A DNA stretch of 64,000 nucleotides, from assembly GCA_964016885.1 (NCBI GenBank), contig OZ024756.1:36208001-36272000 (forward strand), given 5' to 3'. Origin of the DNA: Eledone cirrhosa. Taxonomy: Eukaryota. The notes under the pieces were generated by a model. The model was not told where the DNA came from. It worked only from the letters and a program-made list of their open reading frames with translations, and searched no databases. The translations under genes and the position numbers were made by a program. How positions within the stretch are numbered: position 1 is the first letter of the stretch; every line of letters begins with the position of its first letter. Of this stretch, positions 1 through 13,619 are shown one piece after another.

Positions 1-358
1 ACTTTTTCTTCCCTTTATTAAATTGCTCTTTTTATTATTGCTCTCTTTATCGAAATGCACTTAAATAACACATATGTGTAACTATCGGTCCGCAGAAAGA
101 TTAACAAGCATGAAGCTGGTCCATGGTATAAAAATGGTTGGAGATCTCTGCTCTAGAGACAGAAAAATGTGGCCACAGGTATCTACAAGGAATTGAACAC
201 TTTTATCTTTACATTAAGGGACAACTGATATTAGGTGTATTTTACGTGACTTTATTTTTTCCAGCTATTATTCCTGACAGTGACTAACTGTTATTACAGT
301 GAATTTTTACATTTGGGACTCACATTCTCAATATACATATACATATATATACACACAT

Positions 359-390
<32 letters not shown>

Positions 391-719
391 ATATATCTAT
401 ATATGGTCTATGTGAACAGAAATACCACAAGAGAGTTGGAAGTAAGTTTGTTGTTACGTGAGAAATTTTTAACAGTACAATCACAGAGATTAGGATTTCC
501 TTCACAACGCAACATCTGTCTCTCACACGTGACTTTAAAGCAATGTCTGAATGTACGTTTGACAAAAGCAGCTCTCGTGTGCTGTGTTTTCCAAAACGTT
601 TTTCTCAACATACCCACATCACCACCATACGTATACACCAATATCAATTTCCTACTACGTTTGTTTTGCCTTGTTGTGAGGGGTTGGGCAGGTTGTCATA
701 ACCAGTTTCAGTCTTGATG

Positions 720-912
720 CAGACCTAACAGCCTCTAAAAACCCAAACGGGGAGTACTATGAAAAAAGGGGTCCCAAACGAGGAGAAATGAGGCAAAATG
801 GGGAGATTTTAAATAATGAAAGCTATACCCATTTTCACAAGAGAAGACCTCTCTCACTCACCCCAAAGTGGGTGGGTGATCTCCCCATCGGACGGGGAGA
901 GTTGGCAGGTCT
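720..912. mobile_element. Degenerate MITE-like element (hAT-type ends)
   Basis: Ends CAGACCTAACAGCCTCT ... GAGAGTTGGCAGGTCTG form an imperfect terminal inverted repeat; no coding capacity. Confidence 0.3.
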
Positions 913-1977
913 GTTGATGGGTTTAAGGACCATATCTTGCTCATTCATTCTATATGTGTATGCAAGCTTGGAAAAATGGATGTAAAAGGATGATATATTT
1001 ATATAGCAATTTATAAGTTTAGGTGGGCATTATGGCACGTTTTGGGTTTGGGGAAGAATGTAGTTCTGTGATAAAGATTTGTGATATAATTGTGTGTCTT
1101 GGGTTGGTAGGAAGGATTGTTCTACAAAATTTGATAACCATAATTTGGCCCTTTACATATTGTACTGTATGCATTTTATTATGGTACCAACACTAGAGAA
1201 GTTATCAGGTAGTACTTGACAAATCCAGAAGGTCCTCTCTATGAGGGGTGGGGTACCAAGAGCATTCTAATGTTACACCAATGTTCGTCTGTTCCACTGC
1301 AGATTAAAAATATTATTTTGTTAATACCTAAATCTAGAAAAAAAAAAAAAAAGCAAAAGATTACACGCCAGAGGTTTATTGTGTAAACGATGAAACTTCA
1401 TGTACACATGTATATTGGTACAGGTGAGTGAATTTAGAGCAACGTGAAATAATGTGTCTTGCTGAAGATCGCAATACGCCACCAGAAATCAAAACTATGC
1501 CCATTCAATCATGAACTGAAAACTGTAACTACTAAGCCATGCATAGTAGGACATTTACTAACACATCAATAATATTCCATTAACCCTTGTGAAGCTCTCT
1601 ACATTCCAGAATCACATCATGAGACTTATGACTAACAAACAACTCAGCGGCCATATCTCTATCAATGAGCTACTTAACATTACCAAGCTTAAACCAATCA
1701 CATCAGTTATCAAGTCAAGAGTACTTAAACTGTATGGTCATATCTGAAGATCAACTCGTGGTGTGAGTAAGTTATGTCTAGAAATAAAGTTAACTTGTAA
1801 GATAAGCAGAGGTCAACAGCCAAAACGCTGGTTTCATAATGTCAATTTATGGACTGGACTTACTTTAATTCTCAGGGAAATTTAGCGTAACAGTGTATGA
1901 TAATGGTGGCCCTTTGAACCACGGGAACATTCTATCTTGTACTATAATGTATGTGGATTGGCAGTATCGGTAGAGAG

Positions 1978-2086
1978 TCAGACATGGTCATTCTCATCAA
2001 ACCAGTCCTTGTTTTCTTGAGACAAAGCCAAGGACCTCTGCTGAAGCCTCATAGACCGAGCTCCTGAAGTCCTTCCAGTTGTTCTC
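1978..2086 (-). mobile_element. RTE-clade LINE ORF2 fragment
   Basis: Minus strand reads ENNWKDFRSSVYEASAEVLGFV then, after a frameshift, NKDWFDEND, matching the RTE LG..RKxxDWFDEN segment; second copy at ~27612-27720. Confidence 0.55.
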
Positions 2087-2678
2087 ATACATGCATACAT
2101 ACTTACATATATACATGTATACATACATCCATACATACATACATGTATACACACATCCATCCATACGTGTATACATACATACAATGGTTAAAGTGTTTGA
2201 CTGACGACCATAAGTTCATGGGTTCATATTTGGGACCGGGTAGTTATTGAATCAACCTGATATCAATGTTTATTATACAGCACACTTCCTCTTTGGTATA
2301 AAATGACACATAGTAATATCTAACATAGTACCCATCTAATCTGTTATAATATGATTTACCTTTCCTCTGTGAAGGCACATGCCCTAGGGGTTATGGTTTC
2401 TTCGATCCTGCAGCATGTTGCGTCCTTCAGTAAAATACTTTAGTTTGTGTAGCATCTTCTACCAGGACTTGCGGCAGACAGATAATATCAGTAATGGAAA
2501 AAACCTTGTTTCATTAGTATGACCTGGAAATCAGTTCCACTCTATTTATCTTCTTTATTAAAGGCAATCAAATTATTTTTTATTTTATTCTTTTTCTTAT
2601 TTTTCCATGTTTGTTAAATAAATTCCAAAAAATCGAACTAAATTGAAATTTTGTAATAAAATTTCCATAAAAGTTAAT

Positions 2679-2771
2679 TGTTTCTACTTTAGGCACAAGG
2701 CCAGCAATTACCCAGTGCATTACTGGTACTTTATTTTATCGACCCCGTAAGGATGAAAGGCAAAGTCAACC
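2679..2771 (-). mobile_element. 5'-truncated SINE with 17-bp target site duplication
   Basis: SINE 3' half flanked by TTTCCATAAAAGTTAAT at 2662-2678 and 2772-2788; the paralogous site at ~28304-28320 has one copy and no insert. Confidence 0.9.
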
Positions 2772-3004
2772 TTTCCATAAAAGTTAATGTTTACAATAAA
2801 ATGTAATAAAATGTATTGAAGTCGACGAAATGTGGACCTTCATTTTTGAAAGATGGATAATGCTATAAGCAGACCTTACAATATTGTACCACAATTTTCC
2901 TTTGTGCAAAAGTGGGCAGCCGAATTTAGGAAAGGATAGGGGATTCTTGAAGATGACCCAATGTCTGGACGTCCTACAACTGCCACTACCGAGGAAAACA
3001 TTGA

Positions 3005-3105
3005 TCTCAGTACTGCAACACCGATGGAAGAAGTGTGTGGAACGCAAGGGAGACTATGTTGAAAAATAAACCTCATTTGGTCACATTCCATGAGAGTATC
3101 TTTGT
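3005..3105 (+). mobile_element. mariner transposase C-terminal remnant
   Basis: LQHRWKKCVERKGDYVEK* is the typical mariner C-terminus; also present in duplicate copy B (~28540-28640). Confidence 0.75.
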
Positions 3106-3151
3106 CAACCCTCGTATCTATGCGCAATATACGTAAAGATACAAAATTGCG

Positions 3152-3505
3152 GGCACTACAACACTATTAGCTGTCATATTTGTTGGTGAAAAAAATTTGA
3201 TTATAAAACTTAAATTTATGAATGACTTGTTTTCTAATTAACTTAAATTTGTTTTCTAATTTGGCCCTTTTAAGGGCCACCTATATTTTCATTTAAGTAA
3301 CTCCACTTACATTGATATGCTTTATAACCATGACTTGTTTTCTAATTTGGCCCTTTCAAGTCTTCCCTCTCTTCCTCTCTCTCTAAAAAAAACGCGTGAA
3401 AACTCCACTTACGCGTGGTAGTAATACGGAAATAAACGATGTTGATGAGTGACGTCACCTTCGCCTGTTTTCCACTGGACTGACAGCTAATAGCGTTGTA
3501 GTGCC
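3152..3505. mobile_element. Element bounded by 25-bp inverted repeats (MITE-like) overlapping the MRPL39 promoter
   Basis: GGCACTACAACACTATTAGCTGTCA (3152-3176) and TGACAGCTAATAGCGTTGTAGTGCC (3481-3505), 1 mismatch; no clear TSD. Confidence 0.5.
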
Positions 3506-3624
3506 GGTTAAAAAATCAAAAAAATCTCCAAAGTGAATACATTGACAAACGGTCTTGTTATTAGAAAGAACCGTTAGTTCTATGACACCGGTAAATTTAT
3601 ATAGCTATATTCACATGTGTTTAA
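3390..3624 (+). promoter_or_regulatory. Putative MRPL39 proximal promoter / 5' UTR
   Basis: Locally CpG-rich; consensus CRE TGACGTCA at 3450-3457, ETS-like CGGAAAT at ~3427, two ACGCGT motifs; directly upstream of the ATG at 3625. Confidence 0.5.
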
Positions 3625-4071
3625 ATGGCTTCTGTGTGTGTTAACAGACGACCTCTACGGTGGATATCTACGTGGAACAGTTTCTCTCGTGAGTATACAT
3701 ATATATTATATATATATATATGTATTATATATATAGATAGAGACAGGGACTAAATATTGTGGCAATAGTAAATGTTATAATACTAATAATGGTATCAGTA
3801 ATAATAGGTGTATCTTTTAGACTTAGAATATTGGTTTGTTTAGTCCAGTGATTTCTAAACTTTATCATGGAATCATTACACGATCTTCCCCCAAATAGCA
3901 GAACTCACATCTATATTAAGTATCATTGACTATAGACCTTATTGGAAGAAAATGAAAATATCACGTCTGATTCATTAGATTCATCTCGTTTATATATATA
4001 TATACTTTAGAGTTAGGCTTTGGTTGTTTAGTTAGTTAGGGTCCCTTTCTCGGATTGTGTACCTGGGCGCG

Positions 4072-4104
<33 letters not shown>

Positions 4105-7100
4105 TTTCCTAATGCATATTTTGCAAGTATATTTCCGAATGTGTATATTACGATTATGTTAATAAAGTTATTTTTCTTATTAATTGGTCATTTTTACTCA
4201 CGGAAATTTCCGGAGATTGTATGTGATCTGAAAATGAAGGATTACCAATTAAGAAAAAAAAACCAAAAAACAATAAATCTTTTTATTTATTTTATCAAAT
4301 GCCTACATTTCTCACAGAACTCACCTTGGGAAACACCGGTTCAAACAATATTACGATAACAACGATTATTTATGATTACTGCTGTTTTTATAAGAAAATG
4401 GCCTAGTGGTTAGGGTGTTGGACTGGCGATCATAAATGTGTGGGTTCGATTCCTAGACTGGGTAGCATGTTGCAAAACCTCGTAGGAAGCCAGCTAAGCC
4501 AGTATAAATACGAGAACTGAGATGATGTTCTGTTTATACCCTTTTTTAACTCTTTCGTTTCCACATTTCTACGGTTTTCAGGTTACCAGACCTACTGCAC
4601 CAGAAAGAAGACCCCAGCTGAGATACGGAAGAAACAAAATGATTTGTTTGATGAGGAGAAGAAACACCAGCTGTCATTCTTCAAACGGATTGAGAAGATC
4701 CGTGTGGAACATGTAGGCACTCCTGAGGATTGTACCCTAATCATGAACAAGGGGCTGTCCACCCCCTTTAACTGTGCCATGCGTAAGCAAGTCTAGAATC
4801 ATTCCATTTGTGCATATTGTAATGGCTTAAGCTTCACAGAAGCTGAAGAATATGTGACAAAAAAAAAAAATCGATGGTAAAATGGGGGTTGGCTTATATT
4901 TGCCATCTAAACATAGTGTGTTGATTAGCTGCCTTGGCTTCTAAATAGGGTTTCGATTTTCGCCTATTTCTCAGACATAAAATGGGATGGTGGGGTTGTA
5001 TTTGGATCAAGTGTATACGGTAAATAATATATACACTCTACTTTCTTTAATGTGGATTATTAAGTTGAATATTAGTCTTTCTAGTCTTTTAATTCATAAT
5101 ATTTTATCAATATATATATATATATTGATATAGTAATAATAAATGTGAAGACTAAAATCCAAAGAGGGCTCGTTAAGGATAAATATATATCAAATATATA
5201 AGAACCTTAGAGCAAACATTTATTAAAATAACAGATTAAAGTTTAAGCAAAGAATCGCTGCTTTCACTCTTGAGTTTCAGAAGATCCCGTTAAGGGTGAA
5301 TGCAGCAATTCTTTGCTTAAACTTTAATCTGTTATTTTAATAAATATATATATATACATCTTATCAATATATATATAATTGCAAAATTGGTAACAGATGC
5401 AAACATTCTACAGTCATTGGCTGTTGAAATTGACCTACAGAGTTTTGACACCTACCGATAGTATTGGTGGTTCATTTGGAGTCACAGTGTCAAACAAGGT
5501 TGTCAAATATTGTCCTGGAGTATTTATATATTTATTTATCTTCCAATGAAAGACTAACATCCGACTCATACTCATACTATATCAAGTGTTAAACTAATAT
5601 ATATATCTTCATTGTACTGCAACATTTGTCTATGTTGTTTTTTGCATATATATATATATAGCCGAAGCTTCGATTTTACTAAACTTCCATTTATATGTAT
5701 ATACCATTTATATATATATATATACACACGTATATATCATCATTATCGTTTTACTATATATATATATCATCATCATCATCATATATATATACTCTTAAAT
5801 CTGTGTTATATTCTGCTAACAGATATACAAGAGTTGTTAATGAAGCGGTCAGTTGTGGCATGTGTTAATGGTCAGTTGTGGGACATGCACCGCCCTCTGG
5901 TGGAAGACTGTGAACTTAGCTTCCTTCATTTCAAACAAGATGATTGTCTTGAAGTCAACAAAGTAAGTAACTTTCATTACTGTTATTGTTACATCTTCTT
6001 CATTTGTATATGTCTGCTGGCCACTTTTTCCTGTCCATAGGGGTATTTTATCCAATTTTCTAAGCTATTATTTATAGCAAATGACTTTTGTTACAGTTAT
6101 TTTCTGTTGTTACATCATTGTCCTGATTAAACAAGACCCCTTTCATCAGTTTTCTGGGTGTTTGGGCTTGATAGCTTTTTGTAACTGCTTCAGCAAATTG
6201 CTATAGGACTCTCCCTTGATGGTGTGGCCCTTTTGAAGATAGTCAGTAAACAATGCCTTTTGCATCCCCCCAAAACTGAGGCTGTTACTTTCCCTGCAGA
6301 TGAAATGACCATGGCCTTTGGAGCAGGTGAGGAGGGAGTGTCTCCATTGCATGGATAGTCTCTTTGTCTCTGGCCCAAAGTGATACACCCAACACCCATG
6401 CTGGGTTAGGAAACATTCAAGAAAACCAGCAGGATCTGCCTCAAACTATGTCTGATTTTCCCATGATGTGATCAGCTTGGTGCACATTTGACGGGTGTTG
6501 GAAGGCTTGGCATCCACCAAGCAGAAACCTTATCATGCCAAGTTCATTGTGCAGAATATTCTCAACTCTCTCATGGGATATGCTAATAGCATTTGCTATT
6601 TGATTTTATAGTCAATTGCCTGTCATCTATTTATCTATATATAGTGTAAGTAGTACAGTGAAATATGCAATAAATATTTTTTCATATGTAAACAAAACTT
6701 CCTCGTTTTTTCTATTATATATATATATATATATATAATTGAAAAAATGTGAAGAATAACATTTGAATTTGTAGATTTGCTGGTTATATATTATTTTTTA
6801 TAACAGTTTCTGATGACATGATTGAGCTAGCATCGTATTTAAAATTGAGTGGCACTGCTTCTAGTGTTCAGCAATTTTTAGACAACTCAATCAGAGAAAC
6901 AATTGTTAGACTGTAATTAAATTCCCCTTTTTTGTACTGTTGACCATGTTATTCTTCACATTTTTTGAATTTTATTACTCCAAGATAAACTTACATAGGA
7001 ATACAAGTGAAATCATAAACTCGCCACCTACGTAAACCTCTTGTTGAGTCAAACAAAGCTGTACGCTAAAACTATTCATAATAAGAAGTATTCACAACCT

Positions 7101-7119
7101 ATAACGATATTTTGTTATC

Positions 7120-7154
<35 letters not shown>

Positions 7155-7912
7155 CCATGCCAGCATATTAAATGGTGATGATACACACAGTGTATGTGAT
7201 GTCAGCCACAGTTATCAATAAACTCTAACCTATATTTTCAGACATTTTGGAGATCCTGTTCCTTTATATTGGGTTACGTTTTAATGACAGCATTTAAAGA
7301 TGAATACCTTGTGGAGTTGTGTCGTTTCCCGCCTCCTGATGGTGAGTATTACTTCAATATAGGGCTATATTAACTCCACATCAACTATGACCTTTATTTA
7401 ACCTTCCCACATCCTGATGATTACCTCAATATATTACTGGTAAATATCACAGTCATAACCCCTTCCTCGAGACAGCATTGAAAAAAAAAAGGTAACGGAA
7501 ATACCAAATGTAAAATTTCTGCGTCTTGTGTTGCACACATACTTGCACCGTCTGTTGTCCATTTATTTCTAGTCATAATTTTTTACATATTTATCTCTCT
7601 TCTTTTCAAAGGACAGCCATAAATTTTCCTGTCTTTTCTTTGTTTTGTTATCATCTCCCATGCATTTCACCAACAGACCAGGCATCTGTTGCAGAAATTA
7701 GCATCTCAATGCAACACACTACCTTAATGTACAAAACTGCACTGCAAGCAAGGTGGCTGATGAAGTAGAGATGTAATTGTCGTTCATCTTATATAACTGT
7801 GTGCATTTTTTGCTAACATTATACATATATATATACATATACAATATGTATATATATATGTGTATTTGGGTTCATATGTATTTATACATGTATAGATATG
7901 AGTCTCTCTCTC

Positions 7913-7943
<31 letters not shown>

Positions 7944-8016
7944 ATATATATATATATACTGAATACATGTGTATATGTATAAATAATTTAATCAATACTT
8001 CCTATTACACACACAA

Positions 8017-8069
<53 letters not shown>

Positions 8070-8632
8070 TCTGTGTGTATTAACACCATTGTTCTATGTC
8101 TGCAGTGAAAAGTGGCAGTTTTGTATATGATGCTGACCTGAATCTACCCAACTGGAAACCAAACTTGGTATGTCTTCTCATTTCTGATTCATCATCAACT
8201 CTCTCTTTTAGACAAAGAATTACCTATTTTTTTCTTCAAAGTAATTCTTTGTCTATTCTTTCCTCACATTTAGAATTTGATAAATAGCTCTGATTAAATT
8301 ATTATTTTAATTCTTCTGATTATTTTGTATTTGTTCAGTCATTGAGCAAAACTGGTCAAGGCAGGACACTACACACTCATATACTTGTGTATCTGTGTGT
8401 GTATTTTATTACTATATATATATATATATATATATATTTATACACACACACATATATGTAGGAGTTGTATTTAATTTGTTGAAATTTCGACAAACATAAA
8501 TGTTTATAACTGATATAGAGCACTCAACAAGCTACTGGAGTAAATATCTCAAGATTTGCTTGGTCGCCCTTGAAATATATATAATAAAATAAATATGGTT
8601 TTATAACTATAGTTTCCATTTATTATTATCTT

Positions 8633-8706
<74 letters not shown>

Positions 8707-8844
8707 ATAAGTTTATCCCGGGTTCAATCGGGGGTACCCACAGTAAGTAAGGTGGTACTCAATACAAAGCAGAGTATAAATATTTAATATGGATGATTTC
8801 TCCCGAATGAAACAGTTCTAGTCTTGTAGAAGCCTTTTCTATAT

Positions 8845-8908
<64 letters not shown>

Positions 8909-10016
8909 AGATCCTATTCCTTGGTATGTTTTAGGTATGATATACTATGGCCTTATAAAATAAATGTGTAAGTGACTGAGACACATGTACCCTTAGCATA
9001 ATTCTCAGGGAGGTTCAATTTGATAGTGTCTGACTAGGCTGCCCCTTTGAATTACAAGTACAACTCACTTTTGTCAGTTGTGTTGACTGGAGTAACATGA
9101 AATATAGTGTCATGCTCAAGGAATCAGATTCACTGCCTTACAATCCTGAATCAAACATGCTAACCACTAAACTATCTCCTTTCACACTACTGACAACAAT
9201 ACCCCTCTCAATAAAAAACTATTACAAACACCACGGACAAAAACACTACCACCATATCTATATGCAAATATAGGGTGTCCCAAAAAGATGTATACATACT
9301 TCATCAGCATTCTAATAAATATTGCCTGTTCAGGTAATCAAAGTGTGTACATTTTTGGGACACCCTGTATATGTACTCAATTCCTAGAGGGAACCTCATA
9401 TCGGCAACAATGCTATCGCACCAACACTACTAACACCACCACTACCAACACCACCACTGTATTTTAACATGGATTTTTATCCTAGACAAAACTCCATTCC
9501 ACCTCCATCACTGACAGTACCATCACCACCACCACCACCATCACTAAGACCACTACCATCACTGTCACACTGACAACACCACTACCACCACCATCACTGC
9601 CAACACTACCACCACCACCACCACCATCAACACCACTGTCAACATTACCTCAACACTATTGGCAACACTAGTACCACCACTAACACCAGCACCACTACCA
9701 TAGCACCACCAACAATAACACCATCACTGTCACACTGACAACACCACCACTACCACCACCATAGCACCACCAGCAATAACAACACCACTGCCAACACTAC
9801 CACCACCACCACTACCGTCACTGCCACACCACCACCACCACTATATAAATGTACTCTATTCCCAGAGAGAACTCAATACCCTCAGTTCTATTGGAGCCAA
9901 GTTACATTACCAAGATTATAGATTTGAACCACTGACTGTTAATGGAGACACTGCAACAAAGATGTTTGAACACAACAGGTGAACACTCTCTCTCTCTCTC
10001 TCTAGGTGTGTGTGGC

Positions 10017-10047
<31 letters not shown>

Positions 10048-10172
10048 ATGTATAGCTATATATTTATGTATGTGTGTATAGCTATATATTTATGTATGTG
10101 TGTATAGCTATATATTTATGTATGTGTGTGTGTATAGCTATATATTTATGTATGTGTGTGTGTATGTGTAGC

Positions 10173-10205
<33 letters not shown>

Positions 10206-13078
10206 ATGTGTAGCTATATATATAGATGTGTGTGTGTATGTGTAGCTATATATATATATGTGTATGTGTAGCTATATATATATGTGTGTGTAGCTATATA
10301 TGTGTAGCATTTATAGTCCTTTACTCTACTTTCCCATACAGCAAGATCTGCCCTTCTTTATTTCTTCCTCTTTTTCTCACTAGTTAATTTTGTTTTTATC
10401 TTTCTTTTTCATTTCTATAGTGTCTCCATTTTCTTTTTCTCTCTTTCAATGTAAACTTTTAATTATTTTACTGTCTTATTTCCTAATAAATTACATCTTA
10501 CATTATCTAAATACAATATGTCATGTGTTTTTAAGTCATGTGTTTGTAATAATTACCAAGAACATAATAAAATTAGACACTATATCTAACTCACCTGCTG
10601 TTTGGTAGAGTCACTAATTCGGTTTCTTATAGAAGTCGATTTAACAATTCAAGCTGTCAGTTGGGTTGCCTGCAATTAGAGCTTTTCACTTACATTTTCC
10701 CCAACAATCACAGAATGCAGTTGGTGAAGTTCTTTTTAACCTTAAATATAAAAATGATGGAAGTGTATAAAAACAAAACTACAACAGGAAAAAGAAACTT
10801 AAATTATCGATTATACTATCTACATAATGTTACTCTACCACAAAAAAAAACAATCTATTATGGAAATCTGAATTCTTTAATTAGATGAAAATGATTTTTC
10901 AGAAATTAGATTTCACATCATCATCATTGTTTTTACATCTATGTTTGTGTTTGTGTTGACAGTCATCTCAGCCAAACTGAAATTAAAACCTTATTCTAAA
11001 ATATAATTGTTTCTACTTTTGGCACAAGGCCAGCAATTACCCCAGTGCATTACTGGTACTTTATTTTATCGACCCCGTAAGGATGAAAGGCAAAGTTAAC
11101 CTCGGCGGGATTTGAACTCAGATCGTAAAGGGACGTAACTTTGCTGCAAAGCATAACCTTATTCTAAAATATAATATATCATGTGATTGGTTTTTCAGGT
11201 TCAAGCTACAACAGATTCCTAGTATTGCAGCCCAATCCAGTGCAGGAGACAGCATAAATGTGTATCGTATTGGTGATCATATTGACATCAGTAAAGGACC
11301 CATGATGGCCTCCACATCACATCTGGGTAGATTCTCACTTACTGCGGTATGTATTTCTTGTCACTAATCAATTTCTATCAAACCATGTGAAGTTGTATAG
11401 CCAAGTGGTTAGAGTGTTGGTCTCGGGATCGTAAGATTGTAGGTTTGATTCCTGGAACCTTGCAGTACATTGTTCTAATCCGATTGCTTTCAATGATAGG
11501 ACTGAGGCCCTTAACATTAAAACTCCTCCCGGTACATAGTGTAAAGTGGTTGGGGTTAGGAATTGTGTCCAGTCTTAGAAAACATGCTCCCGGTACTTAC
11601 TGCTTACATGCTTCCCGAAATATGCCTAAACTACACCTGATGTCCCCCTTCCATACACATGCACACATGTGTATATCATGACTCATGTATTGTTCATTCC
11701 TGACGTTTGTACATTACCCTATGTACTATACATACACTTTTGATGAGTTGTAGTGCACCTGAGCACTGTACACAATATTTTCATTATTACATTATTACAA
11801 AAAGGGTGTCCTGCCATAGATGATAAGGTGGTACTGCTACTAATAGAGTACTATAATTACTATAGTGTAGCTGTTGGTGATATAGTGGTACTACTATTAA
11901 TAGAGTTCTATAGTGGAGCTATAGGGGATATATACAGTATTATAGTGTAGCTGTAGAGGATATAGTGGTATTACTACTAATACAGTACTATAACTACTAC
12001 TACTACTGTAATGCAGTTATAGGTGATATAATACTATCACTACTATAACTACTATGGTGCAGTTGTAGGTGATATAGTCGTACTATTACTACAACAGTAT
12101 TATAACTACTTTCAGATTCATAATATTGACTGTCCTGATTATGGAAGCTTACAGAGAGTACAAGGCGTAGCTTTACCAAGTCAGTTCTGGGTAAGTCACT
12201 TTCTCTCTATTTTTCTTGTTTCATTGTAAACTGACCACACTGTCTTTCACATCATCATCATCACTATCATCATCATCATCATTATCACCATCACCATCAT
12301 GATCATCATCATCACTGATGGAGGCAGATGTGTGTGATGGTTAGAGGCAGGTGTGTGTGTACAATGGTTACTGGCAGGTGTGACTGATTGTTAGTGGCAG
12401 GTGTAATGATAGACCATCTTGTCTAACACTGTAGTGTTGGTCAGTGATACCTACTGTAGTATTGGTCAACTAAATCCTTCTGTCCTATTTCTAGCTCCAC
12501 CAGTGGACATTCAATATATTGGAGAAAAGGTCCCAGCAATTGGTAAGTTCAACTGTTTTACTACTGGTCAGTTATTGGTCAATCTGGTTCTTCTTCTTTT
12601 CTACTACTACGACTATTATAACCACTTATATGCTAATTTTATCTCATGACCCCGAATTATATCTCATTATGGTCCCTAATTATATATCTCTATGCCCCCT
12701 CTTTTTCACCAGACCACCTCAGTATGACCTCCTCTCTCTCACCACCACCACCACCTTGGTATGACCCCCCCTCCCTTCTCTCACCACACCACCTCAATAT
12801 GACCCCCCTCTCTCACCACCTTGGTATGACCCCCCCCTTTCTCACCTCCATACCACCTCAATATGCCCCCCCCCCCTCTCTCACAACACCACCTCAATAT
12901 GACCCCCTCTCTCACCACTACATCACACCACCACCATTAACCCTTTAATATTATCATTTGACTGTTTATATTTCAGAACCTGTGTAGTTACCCCAGCACC
13001 CAGAAAGAACTGGAGTCAGAGACAGCCAAACATCTACCAGAACCTCAACAACAACAAGACAGCCAGATGCTATTTTGA
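3625..13078 (+). CDS. MRPL39: Mitochondrial large ribosomal subunit protein mL39 (350 aa, 10 coding exons)
   Basis: Exons 3625-3688, 4582-4782, 5823-5962, 7242-7341, 8106-8167, 9866-9978, 11199-11346, 12116-12190, 12495-12542, 12977-13078; all introns GT-AG, total 1053 nt in frame. Motifs QNDLFDEEK, MNKGLSTPFNCAMH, VNGQLWDMHRPL, FWRSCS, SGSFVYD, YRIGDHIDISKGP and RVQGVALP match mL39. AATAAA at ~13490. Confidence 0.95.
5217..5345. mobile_element. Hairpin-forming Penelope-like remnant
   Basis: ~54-bp inverted arms (5217-5270 / 5291-5345) between (TA)n tracts; a one-armed relative lies at ~46050-46170. Confidence 0.55.
6146..6625 (-). mobile_element. Decayed mariner transposase fragment
   Basis: Frameshifted SAGKVTASV and DYLQKGHTIKGESYSNLLKQLQKAIKPKHP match the mariner catalytic-domain region. 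Confidence 0.8.
9271..9368. mobile_element. Tc1/mariner-type MITE
   Basis: TIRs AGGGTGTCCCAAAAA...TTTTTGGGACACCCTG flanked by TA; relative at ~47508-47587. Confidence 0.7.
11008..11154 (-). mobile_element. 5'-truncated SINE with 21-bp TSD
   Basis: Flanked by AACCTTATTCTAAAATATAAT at 10987-11007 and 11155-11175. Confidence 0.85.
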
Positions 13079-13164
13079 GGTTAACCCAGTCTACCCAATG
13101 ATGCAGTGGTACCACCATGTTGGCCCAGAGGTATCCCTATGTTGACTAAGGACACTGGTACTGC

Positions 13165-13392
13165 TTTGTTGACCCAGAACACCCAAGGACATAGTAGTAC
13201 CCCTATGTTGACCCAGAACACTCAAGGACATAGTAGTACCCCTATGTTGACCCAGAACACTCAAGGACATAGTAGTACCCCTATGTTGACCCAGAACACT
13301 CAAGGACATAGTAGTACACCTATGTTGACCCAGAACACAACGGTACTGCTATGTTGACCCAGAACACCCAAGACACAGTGCTACCCCTATGT
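13165..13392 (+). repeat. 39-bp minisatellite in MRPL39 3' UTR
   Basis: ~6 copies of CTATGTTGACCCAGAACACTCAAGGACATAGTAGTACCC between the stop codon and AATAAA. Confidence 0.9.
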
Positions 13393-13619
13393 TCATTCTG
13401 GGCCAACAAACAACATTGTTAACCCTCTGGTCCCCAACCTTGGCGCATTTGGATTCAGTTTTTTTTTTTCTTTCTTTTGTAGATATTTGAATAAATTTGA
13501 TTTTGATAGTTGATATGGTTTTTGTTTTACTGGTGTGTGGAGTGAGGGGTAGAGGTTGTGGGAGTGAGGGCCATTGGTCAATGGTTGTGTGTGTGGGGGG
13601 GGGTAGATGGGCAGTATAT

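Larger units (their letters stand above)
1151..3497 (+). repeat. Segmental duplication, copy A (~2.3 kb, upstream of MRPL39)
   Basis: Near-identical direct copy at 26783-29068; differs by scattered SNPs, small indels and one SINE insertion. Confidence 0.95.

Noticed and set aside
99-330. Possible exons near the window start (MKLVHGIKMVGDLCSRDRKMWPQ|GT)
   Set aside because: No recognisable homology or continuing exon chain.
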